In this document: piece by piece, positions 23,437 through 37,975 of the stretch | How positions within the stretch are numbered: position 1 is the stretch's first letter | How the letters are laid out: every line of letters begins with the position of its first letter | DNA from: Neoechinorhynchus agilis | Lineage: Eukaryota > Animalia > Acanthocephala | Direction: 5' to 3' | NCBI GenBank assembly: GCA_051530055.1 | Contig: CM121341.1 | Span: 1-64,000, forward strand | Length of the DNA stretch: 64,000 bases | Notes under the pieces: model-generated | What the model was told of the DNA's origin: nothing | Seen by the model: the letters and a program-made list of their open reading frames with translations, nothing else | The model's database searches: none | Made by a program: the position numbers and the translations under genes

Positions 23437-24430
23437 TTACATCCCTTCCGTCTTCTTGAACCCAACAGGATCCCAATTCACTCGTCGGACGCGAGGAATT
23501 GTTAGAATTGTTACCAATCGGAGACTGAGAATTGCCAGGATCCTCCTTGTCCTCGTGTCCTCGGCCAAGTTGTACGTTCCAAAAGGGGCTAGTCGTTGGC
23601 TGGAGACAATCTCTTGGCGACCGCTCGGATGTTCGATTGAGGCGTATTTTTCATTTCCCTCAATAATCTCGACTTCGGATACTTTATCGTCATATTTCGA
23701 TCGCTGTGGCGTGGTTTTCAGATACGTGTTTCTATTTTCAGTTATCCAGGAAGGTACTGGGTTCGTTGATGAGGGGGCGCATTCGTACTCGTGCACAGCA
23801 AGGATCGTATTCTGGAAACGGCTTCGGGAAGGACGTCAGACCATCGATTTGACGGCAGATTCTTGTCGGCGAGCATGAGTTAAATTGTCCTCCAGATTGT
23901 CCCGTTAGTTCTCTCACACTGCCCGTTTCCCTGTGGATGAAATGCTGTTGTCTTGTTGATACAGATTCTTAAGCTGTTTAGCCATGAACGTACGCTTAGA
24001 GATACGAATGAAGCTCCTTTGTCCGAGTGAACATAAGCAGGTCAACCGAAAATGGCGAATATTTGCCGTATACATAATTTAACAGTTTCGGCAGAACAGT
24101 CTCTGGTAGCGAAAGCAATCGGGAACCGTTAGATTTCGTCCACAGCAACGAAAAGATAAGCCATTCCATTTGTAGTTGAGGGCAAAGGGCCCTTAAAATC
24201 GACGGATAAACGTTCGAAAGGTTTTGTTGCCTTAATAAGGTGAAGATTGTTAGATTTTAACAATCTTGGTTTTATACGGCAACACGTTTTACATTCGGAA
24301 CATACTTGTCGTATTTCATCGATCGTATACGGTAGGTTGTTTTCCTTGATAAGGTGTGAGAATTTGGTCACTCCGGGGTGGCCAAGATCTGAGTGTATTT
24401 GAAGATGTCTATTTCGAATAGTCATGGGAG
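23437..24430 (-). mobile_element. LTR-retrotransposon (Gypsy-like) integrase remnant
   Basis: H-x4-HPG...C..C zinc-binding domain, FERLSVDFKGPLP, AVDE, HSDKGASF, PQGNGQCERTNG (one in-frame stop), C-terminal RSKYDDKVSEVE...SGRQEIVSSQRLAP. Confidence 0.85.
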
Positions 24431-27400
24431 CGTTACGTGCAGTACGTATGCTTATGTGTAGGATCCGTAGCCGCTTAAGAAGAGAATGGCTATAGGTGCC
24501 TCTTGACCCAACTGCAAGACCGATTGTGCACACTTGATGTTCTTTAATATTGTATATTTGCGCGACTACCGGCACGATTGGGCTATACTTTGCTTCATTT
24601 TCAGACATTATTTCCTCGGCATGGTGACCATTAGTCTCATAATATACCACAATATCGGCAATATATAATGTACCATTGCGCTTGTCATGCAGGATAAGAT
24701 CTTGCTTGTAAAGATTGCCGGCCGAATCATGGAATCTATTTCCTTCGACGACCTCGAAGTCTACGCCTTGTTTCTTCTTCACTGTCCAAGTAAGTCGACT
24801 CTGCACATGATCATGTCTTTTGGATATCGATGTTGAGGAGTGGTCACACATGTTCAACACATGAACTTGTGTCTCATCTGGAGCCGTGCAGTGTCGACAT
24901 GACTTTTTCCGCTTTGGATCCATTCGTGCCAACACCGAACCTACGTCCAATATTTGAAGCCGTAGCTTTACTTGTTCGACATATGAACTGTACCGGTCTT
25001 GCCGATACCGGAAGGAGATTAAATTCCGTTCGAACATGCCATTCGTGAAACAGTCGAGCCCTTGACTTTGAGTCATTGCCTCTTTCCAGAGACTTATCAA
25101 TGACCTGTGAATAGAAGAATTAATGTTTATATTGACATTCAAGCTCCCGCATTGTTCGTTGATTCCTAGACCTTCGAGGAACTTATTAATTTGCGTTACC
25201 TCCTTTGAGACATTGACAAGGTCATTAAACCGGGCCAGCACTTTTTGAACGGAATTAAAGCGCATCGTCATGATTTCGTTGAAGATTGATCGATAACCTA
25301 GACAGTGGCAGGTGGAACGCACTGTCCGAAACGTGTCGGGGCAGCTGCAATATGCTCTTAAGCCGCGTTCTCCACTTACTATCGATCTTAGTCAAATCAG
25401 TGGGCGAAAAGTCCCAAGCGGCGGCTATTTTCTTAATAAATAAGAGGCCTGCGTAGTCGTTTATTAAATGTGCCGATTGTGTTCGGTATAACTGCGCATC
25501 TTTGACCTCATTAAAGAGCCTGTACAGTTCAAGTGAAGCCTGTTAGAAAGACGTGTTTTTCCACGGCTGACCTCTGAGATATTTCACAGGGTCCCCATCA
25601 ATGACTGGGCTAACAGGACTACCGGATATGTGTATTGTCGCTTTGTATTTGATGCAAAGTTTGCCATTGTTATACGTGTGGCTATAGTGGCAACATTTTT
25701 CGACATACAGTGAAAGTTCCTTTCGTTTCAGTCCGCTTACAATCATATCGACCATCACTTGAAGATTTGAGTCGTTGTCCGCCAAAAGGACGACATCTTC
25801 GGCATACACAAGGTGGGAAAGAGATAAATCATTCCGGAGCTTGCACCCTAACTGTGAATTCGACAGGCCGTCGAGGATATCGTCCATTATTAAAGCAAAT
25901 AAAAAGGGTGAAAGAGGATCACCCTGTTTGACACCTCTGCTAAAACGAATCGACACTGACGGTGGCTGACCGTTCAACTTGATGCGAGTGTAGCCAGAAG
26001 AATAAGACGCCATTATATATCTGCGTAGATACTCCGGGCAATTCTTACTGCGGAGTGCAGAATCGAGGGCACTGTGAGCGACAGTATCAAAGGCGGACGT
26101 AATGTCGAGTACTGCTACTGAGAGTGGCACCTTACGGGCACGACATTGTCGGATAATAGCCTTTATAGTAAGAAGGTTGCAGGAACATGCAGAAGGGTCA
26201 AACGCGGTCTGGCCTTCGTTCAGTTTGCAGGATTCCTTCAATCGTTTCAGCAAGACGTGGTGAAGTATACGCATGATCAGCGACGAGATAGTTATCGGCC
26301 TCCATCCACCTATCGACATAAGTTTGTTGGAAGAAGCGTTTGATTTTGGGATCATTATTGTTTTGGACTCGTGAAGTAGGTCGGGAGGAAACCCGCTGTG
26401 TATTAGAGTGTTTAGCAGAACAGTCATGCCACAAAGCGTTGGGTCAAAGGCATCTTGTCAGGACCTGCGGCAGAAGAAGATTTAATTCCTTTAATTGCTT
26501 GTTTAATCTCGTTAGACGTTATTAGTTGGAAGGCCTGTGAGAGGTTTTGCTCGTCGTGAAGAGAAAAAGCTGCCGTTCCGTCAGACGGTGCTTCAAACAA
26601 GGCTTTAAAGTGCTCGTTAACTTCGTTCGGATTCAAGGCGCATTCTTTCTGCTGAGAACCCCAATGTTTCTTTAGCTAGCTTTGCGGTGTCCGAAAGTAC
26701 AGCGCTTTATTTCGTTTTGCATTGATAGAACGTGCATGGTTCCGCGTTAACCCGAGGCTACGAGCGCATGGAAAGATGCCATTTTCGTCTTCCCAGAGAG
26801 TAAAGACATTTGACGTGGCACCAGAACACATGACTCTCTTCGGATGCTTGCATTCGTTGCTATAGATTACCAAGTCGCAATTATAGACAGCCGAAGCGGC
26901 GAAAAGAACAAACTAATTGGGTAAAACCTTCCCTTTTTCGAGAGCGTCGAAAATTGTTTGAATTGATGTGTTGGTATCGGGAACGTTTAACGCGACTGTT
27001 CCATAGTAACTCCAATCTCTCTTGATTTCTTCTCTGACTTTGCTCAGTACGCTGCGCCAAGCTGCCGGGTTGCCGGATATATGAAATGCGATTGAGGATA
27101 GAACAAGCTTTGTTCCAGGTCGCAGTTTAACAATCTTGAAGCTTAGTTGCCGTGCGAACGAAACTGGCATGTTTACCTGGTCTTTGCCGCAACGAGGGTA
27201 CGAGACGTATCGGTTAGCAGCTTCATTCAGCCAGATTCGATCAAATTGATCGCGAAACCTCAGCAACTCCATCACACTTTCTAGGTACGCTCTATATCTC
27301 GGATGTAAAGGAGTAGATTTTAGAGCATCCGCGATCGTTTCGTATGCGAACGGAGGAGTAAAGAAAATTCCGCTAATAATCGGATTGTGAACAAAGTCAG

Positions 27401-28358
27401 GTTGCTCATTGCCTTCGTATGGTGAGGTGTAGTCATTTCCGTCGGACGATTCCTTCGCAACCTGAATGCCCATAATGACTTCTGGTATTGCTTCATGGGC
27501 TGTACAAGAAGTTAGTACACCGGCGGCTCTAACAGCATTCTCAATAGATGCAATGCATTGATCAGTTCGTGTGCAAAACTGGTCATCGTTCAAATCAGCT
27601 GTCGCTTCGGACAAACCTTTCAATGTGCTTCTACAATCCAATTTTCCACTCACTGAACTACAAATCCAAAACCGGCGCCATCATGTTCTCCTTTTGGCTC
27701 TATAGGGCCGTAAGAGCTGCTATTTCCATGATTCGTCCAGCAATGGCTGTAGTGACTTCGTACTTTAGGCAGTCTCAAAATTAACTAAACACAATCCGCA
27801 TCGAAATCGGCAGTCGGTAACTCTGTGAATCAAGGCAAAGCGTTGTTCCATTGAATTAAATTTCCATATTCCGATAACCGAGTAGTCGCAAAGTGAACAT
27901 TCAGTTGGGTAGTCATCCCCGGGTATGTAGTTTACAGATATCGAGTAGCATTCGGTACTTGTCCGGATTATTCGATTGACATTTTCTAAGATGAGCGGAC
28001 ATGCTTCGATGTTCACAGTGTTCATACTGAATACATATCGGGCACCGCCACATCCGACCAGTAATTCCGTGAACTTTTCGAATGTGCTCGTTAGATAGAC
28101 GAAATTTCGTCTTTCCAATGACCGAAACTTTGCACCTGCAACATTTCAGCGCCCCTTCTGGATTGACATTGTAGAGAATTGTTGTTGTGGTTATAGCCGC
28201 TGTTAGTGCAGATGGTTGATGGCTTGGATATCGCCATCTAAAGCGAGGAAGCGCTTCGTACCCGGCGGATGAGGGTTAACTGAAAATTTTTCTTTAGTTT
28301 CTTTAGGTCCTTGGGAATCTTTGTTAGAAATAAAGAAAGTCATAGTTACGTCCACCGT
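24431..28358 (-). mobile_element. R2-like element family 'b', 5' end intact with 28S flank, decayed, 3' end replaced by integrase fragment
   Basis: Starts ACGGTGGACGTAACTATGAC (28S); zinc fingers 27765-28118; OTU-like 26913-27150; RT 25543-26427 (WRPITI, QGDPLSP); CRHC..H..C, RHD, QD..IAD...KY in 24129-25322; several frameshifts. Confidence 0.88.
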
Positions 28359-28779
28359 CCGAACGATCTCAAAATGCGGGTGTACAAGGCAGTAGTAGAA
28401 GAACAAAGACGAAAACCGACAATGCTGAAAAGAACGACCTCTCAAGTGAGAGAAAAGTTCAAAGAAATGTTGTTGTTAATGGAACCTTCCGACCGACGGA
28501 GAATATCTCTTTAAATCGCAAGAAAACTTCTGTATCTTGGATGGAGATTATTGTTGATTAGCTCACAAGCGCATGCTGGACACTGAAAAGTTATAGAATT
28601 TGATTTGCGGACGTCTTCCAAATGACTCACAAGAGAGTTGTAACGTCATCTTCCAACGAGTGAAAGATCGCATGCTGGGCAAGCAACCGGATCGCTGTCT
28701 CCGGATATGTATAAAATCATTGCTGATGGTGCTATGGTAACATTGGAATGATGATTTGAAGTGCACAAAACCAAGTTTC

Positions 28780-30420
28780 GGGGCGCCGAGGGGAGGGAGT
28801 GAAGTCCCTCGTATTCTCGCTGCTCTCTTGTGGAAGGTTTCGAGGGAATGGAGAACATTGGCGGAAAGGGCGAGGAAAGTGGGGTAGGCGTATGTAAGGA
28901 TAGGGAGGACGGCAGAGAGATAAAAGTGGCAAGGTGTTTAGGGGAAACGTCGAGACGCCGAAGGAGTTTGAGGAGATAAAGACGAGGGTTTGTTTCAGAG
29001 AGTGTAAATGAAATGTGGGCATCCCATTTAAGGTTTTCTTGTAAAATCAGGCCCAGTATTCGGAGAGAAGAGGAGCGTTGGATGGGGAGAGGGAGAGGTG
29101 CGAGGATAAGGTTGCATTTGGTAATGTGGGGGGCAAGCTCAAAAGATTTAGATAAATTTAGGGAGAGGTTTAGGGTGGAGAGCGAGGAAATGAGATGGTT
29201 GTGCTCGTCCATGGTAGTGGGGAGGGAAAGAGACGGAGATGCGATGGTAATGACTGTGAGGTCATCGGCATAGAGAAAATATTTGGTAGGGAGTGAGGGG
29301 ATGAAGGTCATTTAGAAAAATGTCAAAGAGGACAGAGGAAAGTACGGCGCCTTAGGGGACCCCTTTAAATATGGGTAGAGAAGAGGAGCAAGAAGTTCCA
29401 CATTGAATAGGTGAGGAAAGAGGAAATCCAAGCGAGTTGCAAAGTTGGGAGGGCAAAGCAAGCACATGATTGGAGGAAAAGGGAGTGATCTACCGACTCG
29501 AACGCCCCGGAAATATCCAGTTGCACGAGACGGACGGTTGATGCTGGACTGGAATCTAAGCTGCGCACAAGCGTATCGTAGATGCAGAGGAGGGCATCAG
29601 AACAAGAGTAATTGGGAGGGAAAGCGAATTGGGAAGGGGAGATGTTTTTGAGGAAGACGTGACGTAGGTGGGTTTTAAAACATTTTTCTAAGATTTTAAA
29701 GAAAGGTGAGAGGATAGAGATGGGGCGAAAGGATGTGGGAGAAATCTGCTTATCGTTTTTGGGTAGGGGGACGACACGGGCTTCCTTAAGACACGATGGG
29801 AAAGATCCCAATAGAAAGCTAAGGTTCGTTATGTACGTTAGAGGATCGATAAGTTCCGGGATGATGAGACGAATGGCCCAATTTGGGATAGTCGAATTAG
29901 GTGAAGAATGGCGGGCAGGCGTTTAACGATCTCTAGGATTTCGAGAGGGGAAACTAAGGAAGGGCATGTATGAATGGGCGGGTCAGAAAGTGAGAAGGGA
30001 GGTTGGGACAATGGATGGGAGGTTTGGGGAGGACAGAGGTTTTTATTTATGGAGTTAAGGATTGAGAGGAGATCAGATTTGGGGGGAGATGCGAAGGGGG
30101 TGGATATACCAAGACCAGTGACATTTTTTATTTCACGCCACCAGTTTTGATTGGGGACGGACGAGACGAGATGGGGCTATACGGGTGCGTTTTGTCAGTG
30201 TGGAGTGGAGGGAGGGGTAAGCAGGATTACCTGACCGGAAAGCTTTGGTCACCTGGATTTGAAGGGTTTTTAGAGAAGGCGAGAACCATAGAGGGTCGCG
30301 GTTCGAGATTCGTATTGTTTTGCGAGGAAAGGAGGTCTTCACAGCAGATTCTATTAGATTTAAAAAAGAGCCCATTGCAATCGAGGGGTCGGTGCCAAAG
30401 ATGGTAGAGCAGTTCTGCGT
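28780..30420 (-). mobile_element. CR1/L2-group LINE remnant (RT), pyrimidine-rich sense strand
   Basis: EARVVPLPK..FRPISIL, QFAF, QLDISGAF, LYADDLT, LRILG, KWDAHI. Confidence 0.8.
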
Positions 30421-30456
30421 GATAAGAGAATTGACGCATGCAGCAAAGGATTGGGG

Positions 30457-33400
30457 TTCCTCGAAGGTCTAGGAATCAACGAACAATGCGGGAGCTTGAA
30501 TGTCAATTAGTCTCTGGAAAGAGGCAATGACTCAAAGTCAAGGGCTCGACTGTTTCACGAATGGCATGTTCGAACGGAATTTAATCTCCTTCCGGTATCG
30601 GCAAGACCGGTACAGTTCATATGTCGAACAAGTAAAGCTACGGCTTCAAATATTGGACGTAGGTTAGGTGTTGGCACGAATGGATCCCAAGCGGAAAAAG
30701 TCATGTCGACACTGCACGGCTCCAGATGAGACACAAGTTCATGTGTTGAACATGTGTGACCACTCCTCAACATCGATATCCAAAAGACATGATCATGTGC
30801 AGAGTCGACTTACTTGGACAGTGAAGAAGAAACAAGGCGTAGACTTCGAGGTCGTCGAAGGAAATAGATTCCATGATTCGGCCGGCAATCTTTACAAGCA
30901 AGATCTTATCCTGCATGACAAGCGCAATGGTACATTATATATTGCCGATATTGTGGTATATTATGAGACTAATGGTCACCATGCCGAGGAAATAATGTCT
31001 GAAAATGAAGCAAAGTATAGCCCAATCGTGCCGGTAGTCGCGCAAATATACAATATTAAAGAACATCAAGTGTGCACAATCGGTCTTGCAGTTGGGTCAA
31101 GAGGCACCTATAGCCATTCTCTTCTTAAGCGGCTACGGATCCTACACATAAGCATACGTACTGCACGTAACGCTCCCATGACTATTCGAAATAGACATCT
31201 TCAAATACACTCAGATCTTGGCCACCCCGGAGTGACCAGATTCTCACACTTTATCAAGGAAAACAACCTACCGTATACGATCGATGAAATACGACAAGTA
31301 TGTTCCGAATGTAAAACGTGTTGCCGTATAAAACCAAGATTGTTAAAATCTAACAATCTTCACCTTATTAAGGCAACAAAACCTTTCGAACGTTTATCCG
31401 TCGATTTTAAGGGCCCTGTGCCCTCAACTACAAATCTTCCCGAAGCCGTTTCCAGAATACGATCCTTGCTGTGCACGAGTACGAATGCGTCCCCTCATCA
31501 ACGAACCCACTACCTTCCTGGATCACTGAAAATAGAAAAGCGTATCTGAAAACCATGCCACAGCGATCGAAATACGACGATAAAGTATCCGAAGTCGAGA
31601 TTATTGAGGGAAATGAAAAATACGCCACATTCGAACATCCGAGCGGTCGCCAAGAGATTGTCTCCAGCCAACGACTAGCCCCTTTTGGAACGTACAACTT
31701 GGCCGAGGACACGAGGACAAGGAGGATCCAGGCAATTCTCAGTCTCCGATTGGTAACAATTCTAACAATTCGTCGCGTCCGACGAGTGAATTGGGATCCC
31801 GTTGGGTTCAAGAAGACGGACGAGATGTAAAAAGATCCTGCCGACTTCCGTTTTCAAACAAGGGGTAAATTGTGGTATATATTATCATAATAAAAACACA
31901 ATATCAATATGCACTCCAGTTGCATAATACGCTAATAGTGTGAATGCGTAACTGCGCGAACCGCTGGCATCGTTTAGTTTTTATTTGAAAATAAAGCCCG
32001 ATGTTTGGTATCGGAATCAGCATTCGACCGTCTGAACCACAAATCCATTTTAAAAGCATTAAAGGACCACAAGTACCTAAAGCTACCATACGGCAAGACC
32101 ACAAAGAAGATAAAGATAACGAGAGGTGTCTTTCAAGGTGATCCACTATCTCCGTTGCTATTTTGTTTAAAGATCGACAAGGCACTTTCAAAAACCTGAA
32201 AAGCCAATTTCGGCAAGAAGGCATTCTAAACCATCTGGCTTACGCCGATGATGAAGTCCTCATTGCGAAAGACGCCAGTGACCTTCAAGCTCAGTTGGAC
32301 GCTCTTACAAGTGCACTGGAGCAATGTGGACAACATCTAAGTGCAGAAAAATCATGTGTTTAAGCACAGGACTTTAAGGACGGTCGACTGCGCGAATTAA
32401 CAGAAACGTGAATCCTGTTAGGATAGGGTTGTCTACAAAATATAACCAGCGATGCAATTTCAAGACCAACTAAATAAGTGACTTCTGAAGATTAACAGCG
32501 CGAGACTCAGAACCACTCAAAAAGTTAACTTGTTCAACGATTATGCGGTTCTAAAAATCATCCATCAACTGGGAAGTGAACCTCGCGTATACTTGCCTCG
32601 CTCGCGTACAGACGCTCGCTCACATAATGACAAGATGCATCCCCGCTACCGAAATTACTTAGAACGCGAGCGTAAAATAATGCGCAATCACTCAGGGCAA
32701 TCAATTCCCAGTTTTTGAAAGAAATCGAGGTCGATGCAGCTATTACTTACGATGTCCCGATCAATTTCAGTCAAATACGTGTTCAAAAGCAAAGGAGTCA
32801 GGACTTCGAATTGTGGAACTTAGAAAGTCACGAACGATCGCGTTGTCCGCGGTTGCGTTTCATATTTTTGACAATCCGGCCTTCTTTCGAAAAGTTCATG
32901 TGCAACTGCTTGAAGAAATCGGAGCAAATCTATCATACTTCGAAAGTCTCTGTCAAGCAATGCCGGACGCAAACATTACAATAGAAGATGCGATTGAAAC
33001 GATACAGAAATGCCAAGTGCTATCACAAAACTTTATATTATGGGCAGCTGCGTCCGCTTATGAATGCGACTTCGTTGTAAATGGGTCAAATACAAGTGCT
33101 CCTCTAAGGATTCGATCCAGAAAAATAGCCAAGGCAACAGAACAGGTCTTTATCCACGCGTTCGAGTCTGCGCTGTTAATAACACGCAATCGAAGGACAT
33201 GAGCAGATAGTGTAATAGAGCCTTATATTTTAACAATAGTGCGCGGTCAGCAAACATTAATCCATTGACTGTTAACATGCTTTACTGTGATCTCTTCCTA
33301 GGAACGATCCAACAAAATTTAACCCAACACAGATTACATGACGATACCTTATCATATAAAAATTGACCGATTATTACAAATGAGGAAATCAAAAGTGCTA

Positions 33401-34652
33401 TTTGAGGAATAAAACCAGGAAGTGCACTAGGGCCCGACAAAATATCGCTGCGAAGTATAAAAGCATTCAATCGCGATCTTGCTGGTTTGACCGTTCTTTT
33501 TAACTCAATATTGCGGCCTAGGACATCCTCCAAAAGCATGGCTGGAGAAAAAATAATTCTCCTCCCAAAGAGCAAATGTAACTCACCGTCATATACATAT
33601 CCAAAAATCTCTGAGATCGATCACTATATCTTCGATTTTGCCATGAACCTTCAATCGGATAATACTTGCAAGATTACAATCATAATGTCCAGTATTTGGA
33701 AATCAAACCGTTGTAGACAAAGAGCGACCCGGTGCTTTCAGTCCCTGTTCGTGTCCAAACGAGACCCTTCTTCGTCCTATCAACGAGTGTCCAAAAGTGA
33801 TTGCTGCCATGATATACCGATAAGACGGAGTACTTCGCAGACTCAGATGGTCCCTCTTGACAAAGTTCTTCGATGCCGTGGAATTGGTCGAAAACTATAG
33901 GCTCCAAACCGTCGACGGAAAACCCCTCAAACGTGATCTTAAACTTCTTGACCGTCGGACAAATGAAGTCAAGGTCATTGATATAGCAGTGTTATTATGA
34001 AACTCACAAATACCGGGGCGAAGAAGTGATGGCACATAAAGAGGATAAGTATAGAGCAATAATTCCTGCAGTGGCAAAGTATTTTAAAGCAAATACCCAC
34101 CTGCACTGGTCATTCTAAACTTTTAAACGAAAAGATTGCGGACGCGCAAGAGAAGAAAGCAATAATCGATGTAAATCATTGAATTTGCAACAACCCGTGT
34201 CATGCAGGAGTGATGAATTCGATGAACGTATTGCTTGCGATATATGCAATCCAACGATCTATGGCTTGGGTTTCTGCAGTGCAATTGTCGACCGCTTAAA
34301 GAGGGACCACCAATCGTCGATTATCGCGGTTAAATACGGCTCGTGTCATAAAAAATATAACGATGTGGTATCTGCACGCCGCCATGTGAACCAATGTCGG
34401 GAAAAAGATGTATTAAAGAAAACGCAACCATTGGCAGAGCCGCAGTGTATCACTGCATCCTCAAATGCTATATCAATAATCCCCCGTCTGCCGTATGATT
34501 GAAGACCTCACGTTTTGCACAATACAAACTCAACGCAGGCGATCGACCTATTGAATGACTATGGAATTCCTCTCATGAAATCGCGAAGCTACAAAGTGCC
34601 CATGTGTAGTGATTTGCGTAGTGACGCAGATGCCATGATCTGCATAGTGACG
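30457..34652 (+). repeat. Inverted duplicate of 20606-25181 (R2b RLE, integrase, scrambled R2d)
   Basis: Matching ORFs 30668-31549/24129-25322, 31471-31830/23437-23796, 32813-33202/22055-22444; many substitutions; deletions near 30507 and 31430. Confidence 0.93.
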
Positions 34653-34659
34653 TTGCAAT

Positions 34660-37600
34660 AACATCAAGCCGTTATTGCAATTGGCTTCACCTGCGATAAC
34701 GGCTTGATGTGGCTTGTTAAATTTTGACACTTAGTTTAAGGATTAAAGTTCATAAAAGACACCTAAATTAAATCTGTGGTGCACGAAAGTTGTTACAAAA
34801 TGATATAACATTTTGAGCATATCTAATGCGCTGATTTCAATGGTGCTATCTAATTTTAACGAATCTTGCAAATTTAGTGATCTTTCGCTCTCGTGAATAT
34901 TGATCAAATATGATAATGCAATTTCCAATGCGAATATTAAAAGCTGTAGTGCACGGAATCAGTTAATTTAGTACATCTTAAAGCGCTGATTCCAAATCTG
35001 TATGCGGATTTGCGATAGCCATCATGGTTTTTGAGTTATTCGTTGTTACATTGCGCGACTAACTACCTTGATTATTGATATTAAAACATCAATAAATTTA
35101 AGATAAAATTAACTTTTCTAGATCTACTTTTGACGCTGAATTCACCTGCAGCAACGGCTTGATGTTGCTTGTTAAATTTTTACACTTAGGTTCATGATTG
35201 AGGTTCATAAAAGACACCTTAATAAAATCTGTGGTACTCAAAAGTTGTTACGAAATGATAAAACATTTTGAGGATATCTGATGCGCTAATTTCAATGGTT
35301 TTATCCAATTTTAATGAATGTTGCAAATTTTGTGATCTTTCACTCTTGTGAATATTAACCAAATATTGTAATGCGATTTGCGATGCGAATATCTCAGCTG
35401 TAGTGTACGGAATCAGTTAATTTAGTGCATCTTAAGGCGCGGATTCCAAATCTGTATTCGCATTAGCGATAGCTATCGTGGCTCTTGAGTGATTTGTTCT
35501 TACATTTTGGGAGCAAGTACCTATATTATTGGTAATAAAACATCAACAAATTTAAGATCAAATTAACTTTTCTAGATCTACTTTTAACGCTGAATTCGGC
35601 TGCAATAACGGTTCGATGTTGCTTGTTAAATTTTGACACAATGGTTTAGGATATAGGTTCATGAACGACACCTGAATTAAATCTGTGGTGCTCGAAAGTT
35701 GTTATGAAATACAAAAACATTTTGAGCATATCTAATGCGCTTATTTCAATGGTGTTATCTGATTTTTATGATCCTTGCAAATTTAGTGATTTTTCACTCT
35801 TGTGAATATTAACAAAATATGACAATGCGATTTCCGATGCTAATATTACAGCTATAGTGTACGGAATCAGCTAATTTAGTTCATCTTAACGCGCTGATTC
35901 CAAATATGTTTCCGGATTTGCGATAGCTATCATGGTTCTTGAGTTATTCGTTGTTTCAATTTGCGACCAACTACATTGATTATTGATATTAAAACGTCAA
36001 TAGATTTAAGATAAAATTAACTTTTCTAGATCTAGTTTTTACGCTGAATTCATAAACAATAACAGTTCGATGTGGCTTGTTAAATTTTTACACTTAGTTT
36101 AAGGATTGAAGTTCATAAAAGACACCTGAATCAAATCTGTGGTCCTTTAAAGTTGTTACAAAATAATAAAACATTTTTAGCATATCTCATGCGCTGATTT
36201 CAATGGTGTAATTTAATTTTAAAGAATCTTGCAAATTCGGTGATCTTTCACTCTTGTCAGTATTTACCAAATATGATGATGCGATTTCCGATACGAATAT
36301 TGCAGCTGTAGTGTACGGAATCAGTTAATTTAGTACATCTTAACGCGCTGATTAAAAATCTGTATTCGAAATATCGATGGCTATCATGGTTCTTGGGTTA
36401 TTCATTGTTACATTTTGCGACCAACTACCTTGATTATTGATATTGAAACATCAATAAATTTAAGATAAAATTAACTTTTCTATGTCTACTTTCTACGCTC
36501 CAATCACGTGCAATAACGGCTTGATGTTGCTTGTCAAATTTTAAAACTTTTTTTTAGGATGGAAGTTCATAAAAGACACCTGAATCAAATCTGTGGTCCT
36601 TGAAAGTTGTTACCAAATGATAAAACATTTTCAGCATATCTAATGCGCTGATTTCAATGATGTTATCTAATTTTAATGAATCTTGCAAATTTGGTGATCT
36701 TTCACTCTTGTTAATATTAACCAAATAAGATAATGCGATTTCCGATGCGAATATTAGAGCTGTAGTGTACGGAATCAGTTAATTAAGTACATCTAAACGC
36801 GCTGATTCCAAACGTGTATTCGGATTTGCGATAGCTATCATGGTTCTTGAGTTATTCGTTGTTACATTTTGCGAATAATTACCTTGATTATTGATATTAA
36901 AACATCAATAAATTTAAGATAAAATTAACTCTTTCTATATCTATTTTTGACGCTGAATTTACCCGCAACAACGGCTTGATTTAGCTTGTTAAATTTTTAC
37001 ACTTAGTTTTAGGATTGAAGTACATAAAAGGCAACATAATTAAATCTGTGGTGCTCGAAAGTTGTTACAATAAGATTAAACATTTTTAGAATATCTAATG
37101 CGCTGATTTCAATGGTTTTATCTAATTTTAATGAATCTTGCAAATTTGGTGATCTTTCACTCTTGTCAATATTGACCAAATATGATAATGCGATTTCCGA
37201 TGCCAATATTACAGCTGTAGTGTACGAAATCAGTTGATTTAGTACATCTTAACGCGCTAATTCCAAATCTGTGTTCGGATTTGCGATAGCTATCATGGTT
37301 CTTTAGTTATTCGTTGCTATATTTTGCGAATAACTACCTTGATTATTGATATTAAAACATCAATAAATTTAAGAAAAAATTAACTCTTCTAAATCTACCT
37401 TTAACGCTGAATTCACCTGGAATAACGGCTCGATGTGGCTTGTTAAATTTTGGCACTTTGTTTTAGGATTGAAATTCTATAAAGACACCGTAATTAAATC
37501 TGTGGTGCTCGAAGGTTGTTACAAAATGATAAAACATTATGAGTATATCTAATGCGCTGATTTGAATGGTGTTATCTAATTATAATGAATCTTGCAAATT

Positions 37601-37975
37601 TAGTGATCTTTCACTCTTGTGAAAATTGACCAAATATGATAATGCGATTGCCGATGAAAATATTGGTGCTGTAGTGCACGAAATTGTATAATTTGGTACA
37701 TCTTATGGCGCTGATTCCAAATCTGTATTCGGATTTACGATAGCTATCATGGTTCTTGAGTTATTCGTTGTTACAACTTGCGAACAACAACCTTGATTAT
37801 TTATAATAAAACATCAACATATTTAAGATCAAATTAACTTTTCTAGATCTACTTTTTACGCTGAATTCGGCTGCAATAACGGTTTGATGTAGCTACTTAA
37901 ATTTTTTACACTAAGGTTAAGGATTAAGGTTCATAAAAGACACCTTAATTAAATCTGTGGTACTCAAAGGTTGTT
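34660..37975 (+). repeat. Tandem satellite, ~455-bp monomer, ~7 copies
   Basis: aacgg(c/t)t(t/c)gatgt-like block recurs at about 34698, 35154, 35608, 36060, 36514, 36971, 37424, 37878. Confidence 0.95.

Noticed and set aside
28360-28640. Possible RTE-type 3' fragment (KMRVYKAVV)
   Set aside because: One short motif only; the adjacent 28640-28775 is better explained as a family-a linker fragment.
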